Of a stretch of DNA of 64,000 bases, positions 23,801 through 33,666 are shown one piece after another; within the stretch, counting starts at the first letter, position 1, and each line of letters opens with the position of its first letter. The notes under the pieces were generated by a model. The model saw only the letters and a program-made list of their open reading frames with translations, was not told the origin of the DNA and made no database searches. Both the position numbers and the translations under genes were made by a program. Origin of the DNA: Azolla caroliniana (lineage: Eukaryota; Plantae; Polypodiophyta); NCBI GenBank assembly GCA_043228905.1, contig JBHGNT010000005.1, positions 15,004,001-15,068,000 on the forward strand. The letters run 5' to 3'.

Positions 23801-24413
23801 ACATTGGTTTAGTCCTTTTACGTCGGTTTAGTACCATATCAATGTTTTACCATATTCATATGTGTGCATGTGTATTTGCATATGCATGGTTATGTTTGTA
23901 TGTGTCTATTTGAATGCATGTATGAATGCATGCACACATGCATTGGTAGCATTCCATCTCATGTTCTTTTTCTCCATATTAATTTGTGTATTTGCTATTG
24001 TCATTTCACATGCAAGAAGAGTTCTTTTGGTCTTGAGAAGCCTCATGGGGAGTTCATGATGGTGGTGCTTTCGCTAGGAAGGACCATACCAAGTTCGATT
24101 CAAGTAATGCTACTTTGTGAGGCACGTTGTGTAGAGTATTGTTGCAGCAACAAGACTTGCTTGTCATTGCATTGTCCCGGTATGTATTCTTCTTGTGACC
24201 TTGGTGGATGTTGAGCCTTGTTCTTCACTCATTGTGGCATGTTTTGTCCTTTTTCATGCAAATAAAGTCATGAAAAACAATTGAACACTATTCTTCTTAG
24301 GAGCTAAGTAGAAACCAAGTTTGGCTGTGCATTTTGGTCAAGGAAAATGTATTCATTGTGTTTCCTTTTTATTCTTGAAATTTTTTTTTACTTCAGGAAA
24401 CCCTAATCCCAAT

Positions 24414-24566
24414 GATTTTGGACCTTAGATTATGGCTATCCACCTCGACCTTCGAAGAGGTTGAAATAAACATTACTAGAAGACCCCTACATATGGTCAC
24501 TTTGGTCGTGATGACCTCGACTTCACATGGGAAATAGTTAAGCCATTGAAGTGGCAGAAAGCTTAG
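24414..24566 (+). pseudogene. SAMS: Captured C-terminal fragment of S-adenosylmethionine synthetase (methionine adenosyltransferase)
   Basis: Translates as [47 protein letters not shown]. This matches the conserved plant SAMS C-terminus ([46 protein letters not shown]) and has three internal stops. Confidence 0.9.
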
Positions 24567-25301
24567 CTCGACATAACTTTTGATTAGTTATTGTCAAAGT
24601 GAAACAAAAAGCTGACAAAATTTACTATTATGACTAGGGATTTTGCTTATGATCTATGCCTTTCTTTCTATTAGAGAAGTATGCAAATATAAGAATGAAA
24701 TGGTTGGAAAAGAAAGTATAGAGGGAGATGATATTTTGCTTATTCCAAAAGATTTCTCTTAAAACTCCTTTTTAACTAATATGGGAGTTTTTTCCCATTT
24801 GTTTGAAGCTTTTTTTTCAAATATTTGTTTTCTTTTCATTATTTCAAATGGAAGAAAAATAATGGGCTATTTATAAGAGAGCACAACAACAAATATTCAT
24901 GTACTATGTGTGGTGATGGAGATGTTGAGTTAATTGGATATTTTCATCAAAGACTCGTTGTGCTTAATTGCTTTTCTATATGATATCTTTGTATTTAAGG
25001 ATATGGTGCTTTCAACACTTGAGACTAGGCTTCACATCTAACTAGTTTTTATTTTGGTGTTCAATTATGCTAAGAATGCACCATCAAGGCTCTCATACCC
25101 TGAGTTTGTTTTGAGGCTAACTATCAAGGGAGGTCGAAGCATGCATTTCTTCCTATGATTGCCTTTTGTTCTATAAGTATGGATGGTCTTCATTCCTTTC
25201 ATGACTTTTTGGATTTGGAGGTTGACATTATTAGGAACATTTCTAAAGCCAAGTGGGTGTTTATTCATCGAATCCCACCCACTTTAATCTTCACTAACCG
25301 T

Positions 25302-26350
25302 TGTCGCGAAGATTCGCGCGCGCGCGTTACTTGGGTGGGACCACGGGGGTCTTGGACTAGGGAGTACTCAAGGGATAAATAATTAATTATTTATTTATTT
25401 TAAATCTTATAAATATAAAGCACTCTTCGAACCCACTCTACTAATCCTCACTCTACGAATCTTCACTCTACTAATCCTCATTCTATGAATCCTCACTCTA
25501 CGAATCCTCTCTCTACGAATCCTCACTCTATGAATCTTCACTCTATGAATCCTCTCTACGAACTCTCTCTACGAATCCTCACTCTACGAACTCTCTCTAC
25601 GAACTCTCTCTACGAACTCTCTCTACGAATCCTTTCTACGAACCCACTCTACGAATCCTCTCTTGGAACCCACTCTACGAACTCTCTCTACGAATCTAAG
25701 GGGACGATAACACAAACACGAATGCTTGTACGTCTTTATGAGGAGGAAAGGTGCATGGGCACGCCCGAAACGTTCCCTCGTCACAAGACGGCCGAACGTA
25801 CAAGGAAGACACGAACAAGAAAGAAAGAAAGAAGGAACACGAATGATATCGGCCAAAGGAGTAAATACGTGTTCGATTCCAACGCAAGAGGCCCCTTTAT
25901 AAATAGGGTTTGATTACAATAGCAACTTCTAGCTAACCATTGGCTCAATCAAAACATAAATACTAAATGACCTTAGAGACAAGAGCAAAACCGACCACAA
26001 CGAAGATAAACACACGAGCACCACCAAAATGCCAACCCCAACGAACCACGACCACCCGAACGGCAAGCACACGGGCTCGCAACGACGAACGAGGCTCGCA
26101 ACGACGAACGAGGCTCGCAACGTCGAACCAACGAAGCTTGGGCTCATGAGCACTTCGAGTGTCAACACAAAGAAGACGAGCACGTGGTGATGAGGGGATG
26201 AAGGGGTATGAAGAGATGAAGAGAAGTGGTGAAGAAGAAGATGAAGAACTCCGAAGGAAAAATGGCGATAGTCTCCTCCTCTTAAAATATCCTCCCAAAT
26301 GAGCCCCCCTCGACCTCCTTTTATAGGAAAAAAGGAAGAGGGGTCGCAAA
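25302..26350 (-). mobile_element. LTR-like fragment with 15-bp minisatellite and conserved stem-loop
   Basis: Left end TGTCGCG followed by GGGACCACGGGGGTCTTGGAC, identical to the motif in LTR 33667-34288. TATA-like boxes on minus near 25900 and 26320. Right boundary uncertain. Confidence 0.5.
25432..25696. repeat. 14-15-bp minisatellite (CTCTACGAATCCTCA), roughly 18 copies
   Basis: Seen directly. Confidence 0.9.
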
Positions 26351-27214
26351 TTTTGTCTTTAATGCAAAACGGAATAAAATTCCTTAAATCACGCTACATT
26401 GTAAGACTAGATTTAAACGGTGCACCTCTAACTAGAAGTCAATGTGACTATCCACTAGCCCATTAACTCTATTTTATATAATATATAATTCTATCTCTAC
26501 AAATTCATAGCTTGTATCCCCTCTACCTTTTATCTCTCCTCTCTCTTACTTTTTACATGAGCTTCTATACATCCTTTCCACCCGGGTTTTCTCACCATGG
26601 CCGAAAATCCTCATGACATCGTGTTTGTGGATTTTTATTATCACCTAACATTGTATTCATCTTTATTGGTGCTACATCATTAGGAGAATGCAAGGTCCTC
26701 ATTTCTACTTGTTGTAAAGGAAGGAGATTGATAAATAAATCATTGCTGTGTTGTAATATATTACTTTCCTCTCAACTAATGAATTATTGTTTGTTTGAAA
26801 CATTATTTGAACCGTAGGTATGTCATTATTATAGCAAGTTGGTTTTGCATGTGTTTGTTTGTTGCAAACTATATAATCTAAGGAAAATGTGTATTAGAAA
26901 GAGATATTGTATTGCTAATAGTGTGATTAATATGTATGGTAAATGTGGCTTGACCCATGTAGCACATATATGTTTGATAAGCTTTACATATTGAATTAGT
27001 CATATATTAATTTCTTCCCCGTTAAATAATGTTGTGATGTGAGAAGTTATTGAGCATTTGAAGGAACTTCTTGTAGTGATGGGGTATTCATGATAATTGT
27101 TGATGAAATTTTATAAAGTTTAAATATAGAATAACTATCAAACCAAATAATGAACTCTTGCGTCTTTATTAGTAAAAGAATATCTATGATTTAGGTGCAA
27201 ATAGACACGAGCCC

Positions 27215-27440
27215 CTACACACATACGCACATAACACATAGATACATACACACATGTTATACAACTAAAATATACCACACATACAATATAATACATACAT
27301 AAATCAATATGGAATACAATACATACATGCAATGCAATACATACATATGAACACACACATAACACATACATACATAAAATATATATAACATATGCAATAC
27401 AATATAATACATACATACACACATGTATAAAACATACATG
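27215..27440. repeat. Degenerate (TACA)n/(CA)n simple repeat
   Basis: Seen directly. It generates spurious C/V/Y/M-rich ORFs. Confidence 0.8.
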
Positions 27441-30400
27441 GGTCTTCTATGTAAGGGCATTTAAAATGAGTTGTTAAAATATATATTGGCACTAAGGGGT
27501 ATTTTTATTAACCATATTTTTATAGAAGGGTAACTAAAATAGTAAAAAACATAGGTATAAGGGGTTTATAAAAGGTGTCGCGAATGCACGTGATATAACC
27601 TCTTTATATATAGTGGAGCCCCCAGGATGAGATCAGCCCATCAACCCATCATGCCTTACGACCTTTCAGGTCTTGTTGGTCACAAAAATATTTCAAGGAC
27701 TCGTGGTCCGTAGTTACCACAAAGCGATTTCCATAAAGATAATGGCACCATGTTTTGAGCGCATGTATAACTGCAAATAATTCCTTTTTTTGAACGGTAT
27801 ACCAACATTGAGTAGAATCAAGTTTCTTACTCTCGAATGCTATTGGTTTACCATCTTGATATAAGACAACACTTATAGCATAATTGCTTGCATCGGTTTC
27901 AACCTCAAAAGGTTTTGAAGGATCGGGAAAAAGAAGTCGTTGTAGTTCAAAATATGTTAATTGAACCGAGACATTATTGATATTGTAAACGTGAATGTCT
28001 GGATCAAGTACACAATAAAATAGAGTAGAACAAGACAATTCGGATATTGATGGAGAGGAAACAATCGGGAGGGATTGTTTTTTTACACATTGAATAAAAT
28101 GAGTACAATCGTTCAGTACAAAAGTGATTGAATGATGAACCCAATCAATAGATAAAGAAGAGTTTTATTATAGAACCAGGGATAACCCAGTATTACATTA
28201 GTGGTACAAAGATTCATTCCATAGAAATCTACTTCCTATATATAAGTATCAATAAAAATTCCTAATGAATGAATCGCCCCGTTGATGTATTGTACTCTTC
28301 CATCAGCCAACTGCACCGTATAGGTGTGATCACTTACGGGGGGTTGAATTCCCCATATCTGAACCAAACGATCATTCACAAAGTTGTGTGAGCTTCCCGA
28401 ATCAAACAAAAATTGTACGGGAGATCCATTGATATACCCATTTGCACGTAGTAAATCATTAGGACCCAATACATAGTGAGGGAAAGAACATTGACAATTA
28501 CTTAAATGATGCGTATAGACCTGAAGGACATTAGGAATCTGACCTCTATGGTCTGCAACTTTAGCTTTGCTGTCGTGCTCATTCTGTTTGAGCTTTCGAC
28601 ATTGCTCTTTTGTATGACCCTTCTTTTTGCAGAATACACAAAAAGGATGTTGTTGCTTATAATCACGATCCATGAATTCGTTGGGTGTCTTTTGTTTCCC
28701 AGCGAATTGCAATTGCTTAGTCTCAGGTGCTTCGTTGGGTTTGTTGTGGTCCTTCTTCGAAGTGCGTTGATAGCGAACAATTATTTCAACGGCCTCTTCG
28801 AAGGATTTTCGATCCTTATCGTGCACTATTTGGTGATAGTCCGAATTGAGGATGCCATTGACAAAACAAGATATTAACTAGTTGTCCCCTTCTAAACCCG
28901 ATTTTTGGATTTGGGTTCTAGCATTGTGAACATAGTCTTCTAGCAAAGAAAACTTCCTACTAGAGAGGTTCATAAAATCTTGTGCTGCCTTAGTTCGAGA
29001 GGGAGGTTGCAGAAATTGGCCCTTAAAAACTGTGACAAAATCTTTCCATATATCGGGCAATTTCCCCAAATTTTGGAGCCCACGCCACCATGTGACGGCC
29101 TTACCGCCTAGTTCTCGGCCGACATATGCAATCTTCGTACTATCTGGCATGGGATAGAGCTCAAAATGAGACTCCCATCGGCCCAACCACGTGCAGATTG
29201 CTTCTTCGGTTCTTTCCTTTTTTTCTCCCATAAATGGCTTAACAATAAACGATGGTTCACCCTGTCGCTCATTAGGTCTATTAGTCTCATGTTGTAAACT
29301 AATGACACGTGCCTCGAGAGCACTTTGAGATTGCCGAAGTTCGGTCATCTATTGAGTAGTGAAACTAAGGTATTGGCTTATTTGTGAAAAATACATCTCA
29401 ATGGACATTTGTCCAAGAGGATGTCCTTGAGTTCCTTCCGCTTGAGCGGATGACATTGGGTTGTTATTTTGAGCCATTGACTGATTATTTCTGGCAAAGA
29501 AATAGGATAAGGTCAGACAAATAGTCATAACATTATGTCATGATGTAAACATATCATGGGCAAACATTAATCGATATCATGATCTCACATCAATACCCCT
29601 CTAGATGTATGAGATGAGGTTGAAGATCAGGTTACTATGGTAACACAAAGGTGTTTTAAAAACCATGGGGTTGACAATTTGATATCTTTCCCTGATCTCT
29701 ATATTTATTTTTTCATCGCGGCTCCTCAAGGCTCAACCATGTATGTTCGCGTCATGATTAGTTTATACACGAAAAAAAATGTTAACAATAAACTATGTTT
29801 CGGTGCCCGCATATGTGGTTTCGGCTCTTTAATTCCTATTACGAGGACCCCGAAGTGCAATTAGACCTCAAGTCTAAACATGTGTTATAGTCATATGTAT
29901 CAACGATATTGTATGGTCGTGGTTATATTTGAATTCGAGACCTTGAGAACAAATGCATTAAACACTTGAGCCAACCGAGTAGGTTGCTCTTCTTGAATGT
30001 TTAATATTTAATGCGTATAAGAGATATGTGAGGCATTTGCCCATATATGTTTACCACAAACTTTGTTGGTACGTTACCTAACCTCAAGTTTCGTAATTAT
30101 GATGGCATACACCAAAGTGCAACCTAATGGTCAAGCCAAATGAGCCCTCTTTTTGTGGCTAAGGTTGCTTCATTAAGTCACGAACGGGGATGTCAACAAT
30201 AAAAATTTGTTGAAAACGGGATGGTGACAACGTCATTCTCACAAAAATGTGAGGACGGCCACCAAGATCCTTTCCCCGAAAAGGAAAACATTCGATATTC
30301 AAAATCACGTAATAACTTATATACACATATGTATATTATCACATATATACGATCAAATACGTATACACGTGACCACATATGCATATATAAAAGAAATCGT

Positions 30401-32027
30401 AATATAAAATAGCAAAAAATGATGTAATCGAGAAACGTGAGGCATATACCCTCTACGCACTCGAATCATCTAAAAATAAAGGTTAATCGTAATACGCAAT
30501 TGAGGTATTGACCTCATACGCATACGACACCAAACACATATCATTTACATACAAATCAAGGTAATGACCTCATACGCAAACATAACATATGTTTGTGAAT
30601 GTAATACGTTATTGAGGTATTAACCTCGTATGCATACGACACTAATCACATATTAAATATATGTCAAATAAGGTATTGACCTCGTGCACATATGTAAACG
30701 TTTTATATAACCAATTAATTACCACTACAACATCATTGAATTAATGGAAATTTTTTTTACATATGACCATATACATGATTAGAAAGGAGAAGAAAAAATA
30801 GAAAAAAAAAAACAAGAAAGATTACTGAAGTTCCGTTGTTGATCGCTGACTGGATCAAGGCCGACCACACAACGATTGATCACCATCAATCAAGAAGACA
30901 AAAGAAACATTAGAACATGAGCTTTGAAACCAACTATTAAAGATATGATCTAATGTAAGCGTATGATAAGGAGAAAAGAATGATAGATAGATAGATAGAA
31001 AGTGTGCTAGAACACTGAGGCCGATCTTAACCATCTCAACTTCGTCCACCGTCACGTTGATGGAACCCAAAGCGTCGCAGATCTCCTTGATCTTGATGGT
31101 GTAGTCGGTAACCGACATTTCTATTTTCGGAATGTTGTTGAGCTCTTGCTGGAGCTACAACTTCCGGGCCATTGTGCTTGCCGCGAAAACCTTCTTTAGA
31201 TTCTCCCAAGCTTCTTTCGGCGTTTTTGGATCCTTGATGTAGCCGAGCATTTGGTCGTGGACATAGGATGCGAGGCAGTACAACACTCTACTTGCTCCTT
31301 GCTCCCAAACCGGGAAGTCCTTATGTGCTAGCTTTGGTGTCACTTCATTCGCTCCCTTGACATAACTCTAGTAACCGTGTCCGAGCTGGTACTAGTGCAT
31401 CTTGTAAGACCAAGATGCACAATTTCTTCTATCAAGCTTCTCCGTCGGAAGCAAGCTTGCCATCCCTCTGTCCATTCTTTCTTTGGTCCGTTCTCTTTTC
31501 CAGAAGTTAGGTTTTCTTTGGTCTACTTAGGCTTTTTGTCAGCAATAGAGGTTTCTCAACCCTCACACTGTGATACTATGAAAAGAATTACATGCAGAAG
31601 CTTGAAGACCTAACCGACTTCACCGGATGTTAACAAAAAATATACATAGGTTTAATGGAAGCATCAAATCACATAGAGAGTACACGGGAGAGACAAAGAG
31701 AGCAGAACAACATAAAACTCAATTTCAAAATATCACTCTATTCATACAATGTGCTCAAAGAGAACTTTTATACAAGTTCTTAAAAGGACTGATAGAAGTA
31801 CTGATATGTACTTCAATGCTCATACACGCGACTGACGCTAACACCAAGAAATATGCCTACGTACTGGGCTAGGACAGTAGGCCTCTAACGGCCTATCGGT
31901 TACAATCCGATCCGGCTCCCACATCCGGACATGGATCCGGTTCTCCATTTTGGACTCCAATCGGGATCCGGTTGATCTTGTCTACTCAACAATTATATTG
32001 AGAATACAAGATTTGGCCAAAATTAGT

Positions 32028-33071
32028 GTTAGGAATTTGTCTCTCCTATGGGAGAAGTCAATAGTCGAAGTCCTATGGGAGAAGTCGACAATGTAAGTCA
32101 AGGAAGAAGTCAGTAGTCAAATCGACAAGCCGAATATAGGATGGTCGATCGGATTGACTAGCGAGTCGACAAGGTGGTCAACTAGCTTGGAGGAGATAGA
32201 GAGTCGACTACATTGAATGGATGCGACAAATCAGGCCGACCGGATGGTCGAAGATAGGTCGATAAGTCAGGCCAATAAATTATTATTATTATTATTTATA
32301 TAATAATAATAACATATAACTCCTATAAATAGAAATAGATGGTCAAACTTATTGAGAATGATGTGTATAGAGCTTCTGTCACAGACAAGTATAATAGAGC
32401 AAAGTGAAGACAAGATTAGAACACAAGAGAGAGAAAAGGAACAAGAACTCAACGTATAGAATCCGTAACTGGTGTTGTTCACCTTGATTAGAATCAAGGT
32501 GCACCTGAGTATTTATACAAGAAGGTAGGGTTATGTAAGCCAGTTAGAAATAGAGTATGCATGAGGATGCATGCAATAGAGAATGCATGAGGATGTATGC
32601 AATAGAGAATGCATGAGAATGTGTGCAAGCTAGAAACTTCCAATGTTCAGTCTACACTACATGAAGTTGGATTTAGTACATGGATATATATGTAGTTCAA
32701 TTGGTGAGGTTGCCCAATAGAGACCATGAGTTCTTGGGTTCAATCCCTACTTTCGTTCGTGGCATATGTTTATGACAGCTTTTGTTGTAGAGAGTAGAAA
32801 CGAAGAGACGTGAGGGTACGCGAGAGAGAGTGGCATAGTTTAGTGGAACTAGCCACTTAGTGGGTATTCTATGATTTACATAGATTTGTAATCGGTTTTT
32901 CTTTCCTATACCTCTGTTTATAGTGTAGATCCGCTGCCTGTGGTTTTCTCATGTTTTAGGGTTTCCACGTAAATCTTGTGTAATGTGTATTCTGTTCTCT
33001 GGTTTCTTGTACATTTCAGTTTATCTTTCTTGTCTCACTACGATTAGAACACTAAAAACTGGTATTAGAGC
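32028..33071 (+). mobile_element. Interrupted copia 5' LTR with tRNA-Met PBS
   Basis: Starts TGTTAGGAAT. The 3' part has GTGGTTTT...GGGTTTCCACGTAAAT like the 20231/59877 LTRs, followed by PBS TGGTATTAGAGC at 33060. Interrupted by 32377-32764. Confidence 0.6.
32377..32764 (-). mobile_element. LTR (tRNA-like-module family)
   Basis: TGTCAC...GTGGCA termini, with A box TAGTTCAATTGG (32693) and B box GGTTCAATCC (32737) next to the terminus. No TSD match. Confidence 0.55.
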
Positions 33072-33179
33072 TTGAGGTGCAAGAATGGAAGGAGGTGTGA
33101 GGGGCATCCTAGGTATCATCATTGTTCTGCCCTCTTCATTGTCATTGTCATCATCTATAGGTATCATTTTGCATCACAA

Positions 33180-33613
33180 TTTTGGCCAGGATTGATTTCA
33201 ATCGCTCACCTTCACAGTTCTGGTGGTGGTTACAACTAGTCACTTTCTTGGTGGGGATCAAATCATTTCTCGTTTGCACTCCATTTTGATCGCTCACCTT
33301 CCTAGTTTTAGTGGGGGTTACAACCACGCACTTTGCTGGTGGGGATCAAATCATTGCTCGTTTGCACTCCATTTTCATTTCATTTCATGTTTCACTCCAC
33401 TTTCCTTTGGCGAGGATCAATTTTGATCACTCACCTTCTCCGTTTCGGTGGGGGTTACAACCACTCACTTTCCTGGTGGGGATCGAATCATTCCTTGTTT
33501 GCACTCCATTTTCATTTTGTTCTACATTTTGCTCCACTTTCTTTTGACGAGGATTGATTTTGATCGCTCATCTTCTACTTTTGGTGGGGGTCACAACCAC
33601 TCATTTTCCTGGT
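33180..33613. repeat. Diverged tandem repeat, unit ~90-140 bp, 4 copies
   Basis: Recurring GATCGCTCACCTTC...GGTGGGGGTTACAACCACTCACTTTCCTGGTGGGGATCAAATCATT...TTTGCACTCCATTTT. Confidence 0.85.
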
Positions 33614-33666
33614 GTTGAATATGATGGTAAATATATATGCGGAAACATATGAGAACCTGTCTACGC

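Larger units (their letters stand above)
21603..31002 (-). mobile_element. Ty3/gypsy chromovirus, RT deleted, carrying a 3.8-kb foreign insert
   Basis: 3' LTR 22062-21603 with PPT AAAGACGGGGTA. 5' LTR remnant 31002-30935 with degenerate tRNA-Met PBS. gag with CCHC and protease (FLFDSGSSHNF) 29480-28236, RNase H (FEVETDASNYAI) 27960-27625, integrase 23640-22300, chromodomain (PERILDVK...DATWERE) near 22100-22240. Confidence 0.88.
19570..31991 (-). mobile_element. Decayed Ty1/copia element (relative of 10721-19070) split by a solo LTR and a chromovirus
   Basis: 5' LTR 31991-31579 (TGTTGAGTAG...TTTTCA), degenerate PBS TAGTATCACAG, gag 31470-31003, RT 21602-20825, RNase H 20230-19570 (GYTDANWA..RRSTSGFMFSLG). 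3' LTR absent. Confidence 0.85.

Noticed and set aside
25065-25300. Possible second captured exon (FEANYQGRSKHAFLPMIAFCS...)
   Set aside because: No protein family recognised. A BLASTX search would be needed.
27138-27492. Cys/Tyr/Val-rich ORFs
   Set aside because: Products of TACA/CA simple repeats.
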